Counted from the stretch's first letter, positions 13,731 through 27,377 are shown. The stretch: 64,000 nucleotides of DNA from Spongospora subterranea f. sp. subterranea (GCA_049724395.1 JAUGWO010000005.1:1-64000); one strand, 5' to 3'. The notes: a model not told the origin generated them from the letters alone. Translations and numbers: made by a program.

Positions 13731-15062
13731 GGGCAGGCTTACGACCGCTAAGGTCGACTCGGCGATTGCCTGTGTACGTTCCGTTAAACATACTACCGAT
13801 GAGTTAACGACAGCTCGGCAGGTTGCAGATTAAATTGGCCCGCAACCCTGTTAATTATTCAGCAATCGCGACCGTCGCGATCACTCCGACCAAACTCGCA
13901 CTTTGGAGCTGTTTTAGGGGGCACACACACACCCGACACACACTTGGGCCCACTGCCTTCACCTTTCGAATGAACATTCAGTCACCGTAGCGGTGCTTCT
14001 GTCTATCGAGGCCGCGCTAGGGGTACCGTCACTGGAACAGGCAAGATCATGGCGACAGCTTCGTTTGTTGAGGTGCAGTGTGCATTGCACTGTCTGATAT
14101 GTAAACGGAAAGGATTTTCGAAGTGAATTTCTAAGTGTGAAGAAGTTAAGCGCTATCGGCGCAGCGTTAGTCGTAGATGGCAGATTCGCGAACGTACCCC
14201 GCCTAATGGCGTGACATCTGAGACATTGATTTCTGGTATCAATGTTCTGCATGTACTGTAGTTCCACATTCGTCACTTTACGGAACTCCTTCTATATCAT
14301 CATCTCTAGCCAAGTCAGAACGAGGATCGCCTAAAGCTGTCTCGGCCTAATGAACGGCTCAGGTAATCCGTTTTGCTTCTCCAACACAGGTCGAGGTCAA
14401 GGAACGACAAGAGGGAATACGGTGACGTGGCTTGGCAGCATGAAAGCGTGGCGCAGTGGTAACATGTTCGTGATCCGTTGCCGAGTGCGACTTGTGCCCT
14501 GTCCATTAGTGTAATTGGTCACACTCTATGGTGGGCGACGCCCGGTCCCGCTTGACCTGCCCTGGCTGGGCCTGGCCAGATATCCCCAACGATAATCGGG
14601 TAGCCAGCAGCCGGACCAGCTGGCCTGGCATACCGCTGTACCCCGTCCTGCATTTGTTAAGGGCTTTACTCACGCCTGAGTTTCCGACAGGGAGAACGCC
14701 TGGTCCCATGAGGCGGGATGATCCGGCTGTAAAAGAGGGACGTAGGGGACTGTCCAAGCTAAGGTTGAATCCTGCTTTGATTTTCAACAGTGATAATTGA
14801 CGAAGAAATAGGCGAATATTTGGCGAACCTGTTGACGACATCGTCATAAAAAAAGCACAACAACAGGTCTCATCATCGACTTGTTCCTTCTCTGAAAAGG
14901 CGTTCTCGTTCTAACTGCATTATCCACCATAATCGAGAATTATCGCGGGTCGTCAGCGTTAGATTTCAAGGTGTCCATGCGCGACACCGCTCAAGCCATC
15001 ATCGGGTAAACTCAATTTCGCGAATGCGTTTTGTTTCCATTTTTAGACATGAGATGACATAG

Positions 15063-16060
15063 TTGAGGAGTCATTCGGCCCCTCCAACCACTTCCCCTAG
15101 ACCTACACGACATCTGTATAAGTCTTGCCTCCGGCCTCGCCCGCTCTCTAGTACAGCTGCCGTCGTCGAAAAATCTGAACATGATTTAGACGCTATACTA
15201 CTTCAGTTGAAGCGTGGTCTGTATCTGCTCAAGCACAAGGCAAATGGAACCGTGAAAAAGCGATTCTTCCGCCTGAGTGCAGACTGCAGCGAAGTCGTCT
15301 GGGGCAAATCGCCCTCACGTATATCTGGCAGCAGTAAAATTGTGTTCGTCATCCGATACCAGGAAAAGTGGGGCTAACTATCCATGACCATTAGTGAACA
15401 TGGCGGAAGTGCATGCGATTGTAATGGGACCACGTACTCCTGGTTTTAGCAACTTTGATTGGAATACTGGCGTACCATGGCTCTGCCTCTCGGTGATTGG
15501 AGAGAAAAAATACCTCGATTTTGAATGTTCAAAAATTGACGAGGTACGTTGTGCGAGCGCTTTAGATTTTGAATGCTCATATAATCCAATTTCGCGATGC
15601 AGGTTCGCTCAATGATAACAGGATTGCAGAGTTGTGCTCCTCTATCGTATGAATTCATGAATTACGGACGTATGCTATGGGTGCGATGCATTATCAGAGC
15701 GATTCAGATGGCACGTCGCGCTGGTATCTACACGCTTGATGTGTTTCGTAATCTGGAGGTCAGGCGATGTTGTGAATTCCTTATCCTTGCGTATCTCAGC
15801 ACAAAATTCTCGATTAGGTTAAAGCTAAAATGGAAGCACGAGATCGTCGCATCCAGAGTTTGATTGTTGCGTGCTTTCGCAATCATGCGAGGGTTCCATT
15901 GACAGAGATCACACCAGGCGAAACCAGCCCTAGCGCTTCTTGGCGAAAGTTGGCTCACTCACCGAATCCGAGCGATGTTGGTCGCAAGAAAACAGAGACA
16001 ACTAACAAATATGAGAGCATGAAGCTCAGTTGCGGTTTAATATCTCCTCGAAAAGTTTGA
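15063..16060 (+). CDS. PH-domain protein (PLC/Mcp5-like PH); upstream exons probably extend to about 14.05 kb
   Basis: LKRGLYLLKHKANGTVKKRFFRLSADCSEVVW followed by LCLSVIGEKKYLDFEC. Confidence 0.65.
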
Positions 16061-16180
16061 GGAGCTTAGTTAACGTCCATGTCTCGATTCTTTAAGGCTC
16101 AATTGCATAATTTTATTGTTGACAGTAAATCATGATGGAGTAATTTTTGCAGTTGGAGAATGGTGACAGTTGTATCGAAA

Positions 16181-16697
16181 TTATTCAAGATATAGTCCGA
16201 ATACGGTGGCAGTTGCCCATGTAGATTCCTATTCACTGGCTATCAGAACGGAAAGCAACGAAGGGCGTGATAGGAAAATACAGTTTTTATAGAGTAGGAA
16301 GACCAATTATCGGTTTTGTCATCCCATAAGCATCGTGAGGCAATTCTTGCTCCTTGACCTCTTACTTCTCCAATAATCACTTGTACTATTATTTTATACC
16401 TTTCGAACCCGAGTTCTAATAGAGCGATGTTCACTCATCACCAACGACGATAATACGTAACCATAGTCGCTTACTTTTCACAGCGTCCTTTATCTCAGAG
16501 GTGAGCGTTAAATTCAGCTGTTTTGCCTTGTCATGATCATATGTGAAATTGTCGATTCTAGCGTGCATCAAGCTCTTGAGTATGGAGTCTATCTTGAATG
16601 TCTGCAATCCGCTGCCTTCCTTCGGTTCCATCCGGTACGTCGGTTCCCATAACTCGATACGGGGTCGGGCAGACTGATCCTCGCCTTGCTCCTGCAT
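16181..16697 (-). CDS. Tctex-1 family dynein light chain (TCTEX1D2-like)
   Basis: WEPTYRMEP, RYKIIVQVIIGEVRGQGARIASRCLWDDKTD and a terminal ATVFGLYLE*. Three exons. Confidence 0.9.
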
Positions 16698-18691
16698 GTG
16701 ATCGTTAATCTGGTCCAAGTATTGATCAACCGACGATGTTGAGACGCAGACGTCAGCCGGCACCTACTAGAGACTCTAGCGCCAACTATAACTATAAGTC
16801 GTAACCGCTGTCTGAACCCAGCACGGCTCAACGCTAGGAAATAGAGTAGAAATAGACTGGAAATAGGACAGGTAACCATCTGGAGCAACACTCAATAAAG
16901 AGACGAAAGGAAACAATCAACGGAGTCGGCGATCAAAGGAATCATCTCTGATAAATCAGTTTACCGATTGAGAAAACAACGAACCGGGACAACCCCTCTG
17001 GTTTACATATAATGTTAAGAAAAACATCCAATTTATTCATCAGGGTTTTGAAAGGTAAGATGAGTGGCGAGCGTGGTACGACTGGAACCCGATATTCGAT
17101 GTCCAATACCATAGGTCGGCTCGACTGGCCTATCCTGCTGTAGAACGCGCCGACATTCGCTATATTGACCATCATCATCGCATATGAGAGTTTCATGGTT
17201 CCATTCATCTGGGACATGATGACTCAGCGATTGTTTCTGACTAACCATAGTCGCATACCGCTTTCATTATTGATATCAGCGCCGGTAAGTTGCAATTCAG
17301 GTAAAAATGCCTCAAGCGTTTTATTATGTGAAAGCAACTTCGTAGTCGAAGGTTTTGGAAAACTATGGTCACTTAGGCCTTACGATTTCGGCCCAGAACT
17401 GTAAACCCCCAGTAGTTACCCTGTACGATTTCATTTGCACTTCCAAACGTCGTTCAGGAAATGTTAGCGAGATTTATGCGGGATGTTTTCCGATGTTTCA
17501 AGGTTCCCGTAATTATTCTTCCAGTTGAACTGTAAATCCCCCCGTAGTTATCCTGTACGAATTCATATGTCGAATTGCCTTGATATGAAACCCATTGTAA
17601 ATTTTCAATTAAATTATTCAAATGTTTCTGTTAATGTTGTCAACAACTGGAAAATTCATTAGTTTTGAACTGTTTCGAATGATTCTTTTTCAACCGATTT
17701 TGACTGGCGAAACATCATCTTGAAGCAGACCGGTCAAAAGCAAACTTATAAAACCAAAGTTATAGTTTTGCATCTGCAGAGAATCCGGTGAGACATCGCT
17801 GACATCGGCGATGTCTTTGGCCGCGCAAGTTTGAAAAAACTTAGACGGCAACTGCTAGTACCGATATATCGTTTGAGTTGTTTCACCGAACTTCGACGAT
17901 TCTAGATGAAAAAGGTCGGTCATTTGCCATCAGTAAATTCATGACTGTAAATTCCAATTGATCCTTAGATGAAAGTGAACGGGGTAATTGCCGAATCATT
18001 ATCGTCAATTTTTGGAATCAGGCGAGCAACTTCATTGACCTATTGGTCAGTCCGCATCGGCAATCTTCGTGTAATGGTGCGCCATCAATAGAAAAAAGAA
18101 GTGACCCAGTGATGGTCGGTTCTGAGACACATAGCATCAGTTTAGAGGATGACCGACAAAAAATGCGATTGAAAAAATGTTCAAATGGATTTTAGCCAAA
18201 AAATATTGAAAAAAATCGAACTGATAAATGTTGGATTGTTACACATTGAAACGATGCTATCATGAAAACCGATTTTGAGACCATCAAAATCGATCAAAAC
18301 CAGTGTTTCCCCAAATCAAGAAGCTTACCTTGTAATTTTTGTGCAAACATTGTATGGAACATAATCGAACAAAGAATTTGGAAAATTCAACAATGAATTT
18401 ACAGCGAGGACCGCCTTTACCTCATTTATCTTCTGGTTCAAGGGGAACCGACGGTAATTTGATATCGAGCGCGTCATCACTCTTCAAATTGATTTGGTCA
18501 GATAGCAGTCGGTTCCCGATGGATATCTTGAACCAGGAGATAGAAGAAATAAAGGCGGTCTTCGCTGTGTTATCATCATGTTTGTTGAGTTTCCAAATTC
18601 TTTGTTCGATATGTTCCACACACGTAATCCGCGGACATGAAGTAGCGTAGCCCAGTTGGATCAGAGCAAGTCATCTCAAGTCATACTGTCC

Positions 18692-19111
18692 TCAGGGATT
18701 GTTTCAGATGTTTATATGTTTGGAATGATCCCAGTCGTTCTTCGTGCCTCAGAAATCGCAAAACCATATGAGAATTCATCAGGACAGTCATAACCATACG
18801 CATAACGATGTACGCCCTTGGTGACAGAGATCGAAAATTTACTTTAACATTCTTCAAAATACGAGAAACAATAAAGCCTGTCAATGACATGGCTCCTTTC
18901 GCAGTTGCTCAGTGGAATCACCATAAAGGCGCAGAGGATATTGTTTCTCGAATTTTGAAGAATGTTAAAGTGGATTTTCGATCAAGGGCGTACATCGTTA
19001 TGCGTATGATTATGACTGCTCTGATGAATTCTCATATGGTTTTGCGACTTCTGAAGCACGAAGAACGACTGGGATAATTCCAAACATACAAACATCTGAA
19101 ACAATTCCTGA
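18692..19111. repeat. Imperfect inverted repeat; arms 18692-18873 and 18939-19111, loop about 65 nt
   Basis: Direct reverse-complement comparison shows roughly a dozen substitutions and one short indel. The arms produce mirrored ORFs (18681-18890 minus vs 18808-19077 plus). Confidence 0.95.
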
Positions 19112-19748
19112 ACAAAGACAGTTCTTTTGGAGTTTTCTGAGTGTATTTGTCAATGACTGGGTCCCATCTGCTCGCTTCATTACAAGTGTTGACGGCGCCG
19201 CAGGAATTGGATTGAGGCAACAAGGTTCCAGTAACATTGAGCGCCCAGCTCACAACGCCGCAACAGCCCCGAAAAGACACAAACTGGCGTGGTTGAATTC
19301 GCCCGCAGGATGCCGCATCCGTTTTTTAAAAAGTTACTTTCCATGCGCGAGTGTCTCACAAAAGAAAAGAATGCCCCATTTGTGGCACATAAACAACGGT
19401 CGCCTGTACGATTTGTGGCGTTCACGTTTGCGGGGAGAAGACTTTTGGGCAGCGCCGTTCATGTTGGGACATTCTACATACCGCTCAGAAAATTGAAAAG
19501 CGGGACCGTCCTTGCCGTGAATCAGGAGCTCGAGTACGACGTGGTAGACGACGTGTATCTGGGCATATTTCTGACACCCAAGAACCAGCAATTAGGTCAA
19601 GCGGACGTGTGAGAACGGCTTCCCAAAGCAGCAATCCATGGTTTTTGTATGGAGTTGCGGTGTCCAAAAAGCGTACCTTTTAATGAGTGACCTGTTTTTG
19701 GTGTGTCACACACCCAGACACACCCAGCCCTAGATTAATCCAGGGATC

Positions 19749-20111
19749 AATTCGACACACTCAAGAAAGTCAATGGTGATTAATTCTTCCAATTCTGGGA
19801 CACACCCAAGAAAGTCAATGGTGATTAATTCTTCCAATTCGACACACCCAAGAAAGTCAATGGTGATTAATTCTTCCAATTCGACACACCCAAGAAAGTC
19901 AATGGTGATTAATTCTTCCAATTCGACACACCCAAGAAAGTCAATGGTGATTAATTCTTCCAATTCGACACACCCAAGAAAGTCAATGGTGATTAATTCT
20001 TCCAATTCGACACACCCAAGAAAGTCAATGGTGATTAATTCTTCCAATTCGACACACCCAAGAAAGTCAATGGGGATTAATCCTTCCGAAACGACACACC
20101 CAAAAGTCCAT
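19749..20111. repeat. 42-bp minisatellite (AATTCGACACACCCAAGAAAGTCAATGGTGATTAATTCTTCC), 8 units plus a partial unit
   Basis: Units start at 19749, 19791 (+3 nt), 19836, 19878, 19920, 19962, 20004 and 20046. Confidence 0.97.
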
Positions 20112-21074
20112 CTGAATCAATCCCATGGGATATTCATAATTACCTCAATTAACACAATGGATCCGAGTCCAGCGGAATGTTTTATTGTTCAGGCCGCGCG
20201 TGAGATGTTAGCGATGGTGGACGCGTTCGGTTCAAACCAGAACATTGACATGGTTGAGGTGCTTTCAACATTGAGGCACGGAGGTGCGAAGTCATCTTCA
20301 CCGCCTCAGCAGATGCCATCAGAGCAATCCTGGAGCTCGTGCTCATCTAATACCGTCAATGCGAGTTGCTCTTTTACAAAAGAAACTATCCTCGACTGGG
20401 AGACACCCACTGGACGTCCTTGCATTGTAGGGCCAAGAAGATTTTGAACAAACAGTCAGGTTTGAATTGGATTGAACGGTCTACGCCAACCTAGCAATGA
20501 CTATTTTGAAATGGGATAGGTTTTTGTCCTCTGTCGCGTTCATGTTTGATATAATGTTTTGGGTGTGTGGTTTCTCTGTTTATCTCGGCCGTTAAACCAC
20601 CATGGACTTTCTTGGGTGTGTCAACAGTCAATTCTCGAATCTCGCGGACTTTATTTACGGCATACCGATACGGCATCCACCCACTTCATCATCGCCATGA
20701 AAAGGTCTTTCGAAAGCAGACAACGAAGCCCGATCATTTATTTTTTGAAAATTCCCAGGAATTTTGCCCTAATAAGCGGAGGTGCGGCCCATGGCCATGA
20801 AAAAGGAAAGAAATCGCTTGGCACGCCCAGTTCAGCAAAATATTGCCGGCGTTACACTCTGACGGTGGCCAAACAGTTATCTAGCAAAGAACAGGCAAAT
20901 GGCCTCCAACTTTGCCGTGATAGTTCAACGCCATTGGCGACGTCCCGGTTATTGACGCCCCAACCCGTATGGACACTCTCGTACTTTGCAGTCTTATAGA
21001 GTTTGAGGTAGCTTAGTATACCGACTTTTGGCGTTGGATACGGTCCAAATTCTCTCCTGTCTTGTGTTATGGAG

Positions 21075-21267
21075 CCCCTAATTGCTGTACCAATCGTTCG
21101 GACATGATGAGCGAACAGCCAAAAAGCATTATGTGTCGGCAAACCTTGCCGGTACCGCCCGTGGGGCTCTTCAACCGCTGAATGTCGGCAAGGTTTGCCA
21201 ACACATAGTTTTTTTCTGCGGTTCGCTCATCTTGTCCGAACGATTGGTACTTTACAGCAATTAGGGG
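21075..21267. repeat. Imperfect inverted repeat/hairpin; arms 21075-21151 and 21186-21267
   Basis: CCCCTAATTGCTGTACCAATCGTTCGGACA...GGCAAACCTTGCCG is mirrored by CGGCAAGGTTTGCC...TGTCCGAACGATTGGTAC..ACAGCAATTAGGGG. Confidence 0.93.
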
Positions 21268-21874
21268 GTAAAATAAATCACGAAACCCACGCAACTTTAA
21301 AGTCCTTTACTCTTTGAGAATGCGCCAACACACAAAGCTTTCCAACGCTAAGTTGCTGCTTCTGACTCCGAACACGGCATCGCGCATCCAGCCTATGCAT
21401 GCTGGGGAATCATTTTTATCAGCTTTGACGACCAAGTCAACCTTTTTTTTGTCAAACTCTCGTTTGGCCTGTTTCGAAGATGGTAATTTGCACTAATGGC
21501 CTGGATCATAATACCATGAAATTGGCTTAACACACATACCAATCTCTAAGAAAATTTTACAATTTCACTTCCATCTTGATTTTTCAAGTAGTTGCCATGA
21601 GTAATTCAAAAATCTGACTTCGTCGATGCATGCGGAGTATTCCGCAACGTGGTACACTGTATTTCATCCGGCAAGAAAGAATAAATGTCAGCTACAGTGG
21701 CCTGTTGACGCTGAAACCCAGCCGTTCCTCTGTGATGTAATGCAACTCAGTCATGCTCGATTGCACTCTTGACTGGTGTGTCATGCATGTATGCCTGCAA
21801 TCACTGAGAGGTTCTGTTCGTGTTCGCTGTGGGGATAATTGCGATACACAGTCATCAACGGTGATCATGATACT

Positions 21875-23863
21875 ATGAATCGGGACCAATCTCGGATCAT
21901 AGACGAATATGATGTTGATGATCTAAGGCAGAAGTTTGAAGATGCGGCACTGAAGCACTGCGAAAAGTATGACGTTATGGTGACCGAAGCGTATGAGAAG
22001 ATGAAGGCAGTGAAAGATATCAGCGCACAGTATTTGAACAGGAACAAGCGGTTCATGACGGAACAGCTAATCAAGGAATTCACAAACGACTTTGAGGAGA
22101 GTTTGCTGATTCTGAAACGAGAGCACGAATTGAACGTAGGGTCTGCTCTCAGTTTCTAGCGAATCTAATTCTCGTTTTCCGCTATTTGTCAGACTCAGTC
22201 ATTACTGAAGCGAATCAAGGAAGAAGGGCACAGATCCTGTACAGACGCATTGCAAAGTTTTCTGGAAAACCTGAACAGAATACGGGAAAAAAAGAAGGAA
22301 GAGGAGCTGGACAAGATCAAAGAAGAAATTGAGCGACAAAGGGTTTGTTATTTAGCAAAACCCACTGGGTGTAGTCTAATGAGTTATCATTAGAATGTGG
22401 CTAAAGCCAACCTGGAAAGTGCAATTCGCAAAGAAATGAGTCAAGTCAAAGTTGCGCAACTTCAAGAATTGGAGGAATCGCTGAAAGCAGAGAAGGTTTG
22501 CATGCAGCACAAGATTCAAGAAGAATTAGATCAAGTAGGAAAATCACTGCACTAACATATAACTCGATAAGTCTCTTAATATAATTCAGAGCATTCAAAA
22601 CGCTTTAGATAGGGAAACATCTGCAATGAAAACCGCCCTGTCAAAATGTGAGATTCAAATGCGCCGAGAAGCCTCAGAACGCCTTGAAGCTATTCGACAA
22701 GAGGGTAAACACACTACTTCAAAACAGGTTGCAGCGCTGAGATCTAAGCTTGCAAAACAGTTTGACGAGCAAGAAAAGGTATGTAGAGCAGATATAAGTG
22801 CATTTGCAAAACTTGATAAAAAGTCATTAGACTTTGAGGCAAGAGAAGCATGACGAGTGGTTAGCTTTGAAAGAAAAGGAAGAAAACAAAATTCGCAACA
22901 GAGCAAAAGCAAGAGAAAAGAGGTTGATAGGTGAGATTAGAGATGACCATACTCGCTATCTGGCGAAATTTAGAGAGGAACTGGAGAATTCGGTTCATTT
23001 ACAGGTAGATTAATGCTGGAGTGCCGTTTCCAAGTTAAATGCTGCAACAGGTGGAACAAGCTATTCGTAAATTCAGGAAAACCGTTGATTCGGAAAGGGC
23101 GGAAGCCTGTAAACGTATCAGGGCTGACGTGGAAGCCGAACGTATAAAGAGACTTGAGATTACAAAAAAGGAATTGGATGAACAGTAAGATGTTTCATAC
23201 AAATGAGACACTCGTAAATTGAGTCCGTTTTTTGAAGTAAAACTGCCGAATCTGCCAAATATATGCAGCAACTTCAGAAAGAGCATGAAATGGAACTCTT
23301 AACGCTGAAGATCACGACTGATAAGGAAGTTCAAGAGGAATGCAACCGAATTCGAGGTACACCAATCCATGATCAGTCTTGCATATGTAACTTTATCAGG
23401 TGTGCTTGTTAGCTGAATTTTCTGAAAACAAGTCAAAATGGATGCTGGCAATCCGATCTGATGCCGAAAAAGATCGGAACCAAGCAATGCTATCGCTACG
23501 TCGTGAATTAGAACATGATAGGAAACTGATAGTCGCTAAAATTACCGACGAAATCATTACTCAGCGAGAAAAGGGGTTGCGAGTCGAGCAATCTAACCAC
23601 GATCTTGTAAGATCGGTTTTTTCTCAACTTAATCAATATGTTAAACTGGTATTGAGAAGGAGATGCAGAACATTTTGAAACCCTACTATAGTCGGCAGGC
23701 AGCTTCGCCAACTACAACGAAACACTTGGACGAGTTCAACAACCCAAATGATATTGTATCGCGAGTCGCCACGCTCTCGTCCCGGGTAGTCCAATTACAG
23801 CAAGCCGACAGGGACAAAAGTCGATATTCATTTTCTACGACAAAGGCCGCCATTGACACGTAA
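21875..23863 (+). CDS. Coiled-coil protein, multi-exon
   Basis: Successive E/K/R/Q-rich helical exons separated by short GT-AG introns. The start is approximate. Confidence 0.65.
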
Positions 23864-23922
23864 CTGTCACCAGACGTCAAAATACCAGTGCATTCTGCTA
23901 TTCTTAGTTTATATATCCATTC

Positions 23923-24759
23923 TTACACTTGGTGGTTGTTTGGTGTTGTTTGTGGCTGTTGAGTAGGCTTTGGCCCCTCGCGTCTAGTCAAGTTGTACAG
24001 GATTCGCCCCAGTAATGCGATAAAAAAGAAGAATACAGTCATGAGGGCGAAAGTCGTTAGGATAACGTATAGTGTGAGTATATTTCGCCATGTGACAATA
24101 TTGTAAACTGGGGTCGTATAAAATGCCCCTGCAAAATTAACTGGCAGGTACAGGATCGCCACTATATACGGATAGAAGATATGTCGGGGATTGAACACCA
24201 GATTGGTTTAAGAACAGGTCGATTAACAGAAAGACAGTTGTCCCTGCATGGTTTTGAATGCTTGCAATTGTTCCCGGTATTGTCTCGAACTGTCTACTTG
24301 GGTTGACCCAAACCCAATATAATACCTGCATGAAACTGAGTCGGTTGAGGCCATTTCCACACGAGCAGTATTCCCATACCACAATGGTGAGGCTGATAGG
24401 AACTGCACATTCGAACAAGATATAGGCCAGGTTTGAGTAGCGGTTGACTGGCCGACCGGACACGATCCTCCAATCCAGCACCACAACCACAGCAAAATAC
24501 CTGCTCATTGATCAGACGATATGAACAGATTAGGGATCGAATCGGGGAGATGAACATCATACGCTAGGGTGAGCCAAGCATTCCAATGGGTGGCGAATAA
24601 CAGGTATCGGGGCGTTAGCTCATACAATATAGTCAACAGAATCGTGTACAGCACAAACACGAACGCAAATGTCCGATATATGGCTAGCCCAGGATGCGAC
24701 AGGACCCATGATATATGGATTAGATTCGGGGAATAGCTATAATATTTCAGTAGCGCCAT
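23923..24759 (-). CDS. Multi-pass membrane protein, rolling-stone/FAR-17a-AIG1-like
   Basis: RYLLFATHWNAWLTLAY, VLYWVWV, NHAGTTVFLLIDLFLN and HIFYPYIVAILYL...PVYNIVTW. Confidence 0.7.
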
Positions 24760-25588
24760 CCCGTCAAAATATCATTCGCTTCCCCAACCTAACTGGTCCA
24801 CATTCATGATGTTCCTAAGTGTAGCTATCCGATCTCGGTAGTTTCCATATCGGTCGCAATAAACCAAAACTGGATTTCAGTCGGTGAGTTTTCCACAGTG
24901 TTTTGTTGCTGTTTCGTTTTGTGTTTTTTAGAGTAAATGATGATTGTAAAGTCTGTAGGATATCTGTCAGCACTCTGTACCATCAACCTTTCGGTATTGG
25001 CACAGCGTTTCCTATATGATAACCAGGGATTCATTATACAGTTCATTGGGCGCGACTAATATCAGAAGAAACAAGTAGTCGTGTGACAAATAACGAACTG
25101 ATGCGTTTTTGATTGAACATCGCACAGGTTTCGCCATCACTGATATATCCACGGGAGAAATATATTTGTCTATGGGACCCGTCAACCACTACGCTGCAAT
25201 AAAACCCTACTATACTTCCTTGGTCATGAATAGCGTTCTTTAAATTGTACAAGGGGTTCGATCAGTAGGATCATGTGTTTCAGGGTGGTCAATTGGGCGA
25301 ATTAATGGAATGATAATGGAAAGGAAATCGTACGGCTTAGGCTTAGGCGGACAAGCACAATTATTGGCCGTTCATCAGTCAAATCTACGACTCACCTCAA
25401 CCTCTGTCGTTTATCAATTGATACTTGCTCTCCAGTGATTTTCTGTCCATATAATACTCCATCACGTCGATAACGATCTGGTTTCAAATGTGAAAACCGT
25501 TCAAGATGACACATCCGTTATGTGGTGCAATGGCCCTTCCGTGCAGAATAAAGCTACTCCAAACCCCATAGATGATTTGATAAACGTG

Positions 25589-27377
25589 TCAATGTTTATG
25601 AAAACAGTTATTACAATGGCCAACCTTGAACGGATTGGCCATGAACTGGGAACAATCGCATTCACAGCAATGCGCCGGTATCTGACCAATATCCCCTTGA
25701 CCTGATTTCGGAACGATCATCATGCTGATCTTCATTTGCGATTGCGATGGATCAGCATCATTCCCTAACTGCGAGAACCCTGCCTTTGGTCGTCCAGGCG
25801 GCACGGGTCGCTGCATCGCCATCAGTTTCGGTCCCGATTCTACGTCCGGCGCTTTTATTCTAAACCCTTTCGATGGAGACGACGATTCATCATTAGAATC
25901 GCGTTGCCCAATAGGTATTGGCAAATCGGGGTCAATCGTTGGGGGTTTTGTCGCAGGCGGCTTCGGTTGCCCAACCGGCAATGATGGAGACTTTTTCGCC
26001 GGCATTGCCATGTTGCTTATCGCGGCGTCTGCCAACGCTGGCGTCACACTTTTCGCCCCGGCCACGTTGTGAACCGGTTCAGGTGGATGAGGAGCGGCGG
26101 GTGGTGGGGCAGGTGGTTTGATCCCCTTCTTGGCCTGGGTTGGCGAATCAGATGGCGCTGGTAAGGGTTTCGACACGATCGACAGGTTAACGCGCTCAAC
26201 CGGTGGATCAGGGTATTGTCCAGCGATCGATGGACCTGACGATGTTGTCGTTTGTCTCAGGTCCTCCTTTCTCCCTATCCCCGTTTCCACACCGGGCTCT
26301 TTCCTGTTCAGGGTTTCTTTCATCGCCAACACATCCTGCAATGTCGTTTGGGCGTGTGCTGGAGGCGGCCCTGGAGGTGGTCTAGGTCCACGAATCTGCG
26401 CGCTTATCATCCGCCGGTCTAGGCAGCGCCTGGATATTCTCATGTTTGCCGATCGGCCCTGATGTTCCAACGGATGGACCGGAGGACAGTTGGCGTTCTC
26501 TGGAGGCGATCGAATCGTTCTCATCCAGAGCTGGCTGGCTGTTATTGCTTCCGTTCCTCGACCGCGACTCAACATCGACGATGTCGTCCATATCAATCAT
26601 CCCTGTGAACGTGTTCGACCGTTTTCTGACGACTGTTTCAGGGGCTTCAACGTCGTTCGTGGGAGCCAACGCTGATTCGTCGGCCCTCAACATGACCGGC
26701 GCGAATCCCGCCGGCGACGTGATGCTCTTGCGAATCCCTCGGGCCGGTTTCGACCGTCGAAAACAGGGCCTATCTAGAGTCGGATTGACCAGATCGTCCT
26801 CATCATCCAAATTGATCGCCGCCGCGTTGTCGGCAATCAATTCCTTCCCCTTTTCTTTCCGATTGAATATCTTGTTCAACAACCCCCGGTTTTTCTCCTT
26901 CTTCTTTCCCTTCCCTTTCCCTTGTTGTCGCACGTCGGTAACTGCACTGTTATTGTCACCGTGCGTTGTGTCGCCATCGCCTGCAGGCGCTTCGCTCCCC
27001 AGGTTCCTCTCCAATGATTCTCGCTGTCGCTCGTCGCCCGCTTTGCCGAGTTTTTTCCTCGACCAGATTTCACTCGTTTGTTCGTCATTTCCACTCTGCC
27101 CGTTGGTCTTCTCAACCGCCTTCGCCCTACGTTTTTCGGATTTCGGCGACGACTTCTGAGTGATATGCTCATCGATTTCATCCCCTTTACTTGCGCTGGC
27201 GCTGTCGTGATCTGGCGATTCCATCTCATCATCAACCTTGTGCTCGTCCATCATCTTCATCACTTTCGTCCAGTACTTGAACTGGTTCTCGTGCAGAGCC
27301 GACAGCCCGACCACAACCTGGCGAAACCATATCTGGCCTGGTCGGGGCAACGTCGAGATCTGTGTGGCAGCAACCAT
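25589..27377 (-). CDS. Low-complexity Pro-rich protein with a C-terminal Cys/His module
   Basis: Two long overlapping frames (26382-27377 and 25589-26596), presumably joined by splicing. The protein ends CCECDCSQFMANPFKVGHCNNCFHKH. Confidence 0.6.

Noticed and set aside
16940..18330. Possible decayed gene or element, with a ~45-bp direct repeat at about 17392 and 17521
   Set aside because: Frames are riddled with stops and I cannot support a family assignment.
19749..20111. CRISPR-like array
   Set aside because: Units are contiguous and near-identical with no unique spacers; the context is eukaryotic and there are no cas genes.
19730..20447. Repeat ORFs on both strands (LRR-like LEELITIDFLGCVE and MVINSSNSTHPRKS)
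   Set aside because: A 42-bp unit keeps frames open automatically; the 14-aa period is too short for an LRR and the minus-strand ORF has no ATG start.
25722..27159. Long antisense ORFs over the Pro-rich gene (similar ones lie over the LEA and ankyrin genes)
   Set aside because: Shadow frames caused by codon composition, with no domain signal.
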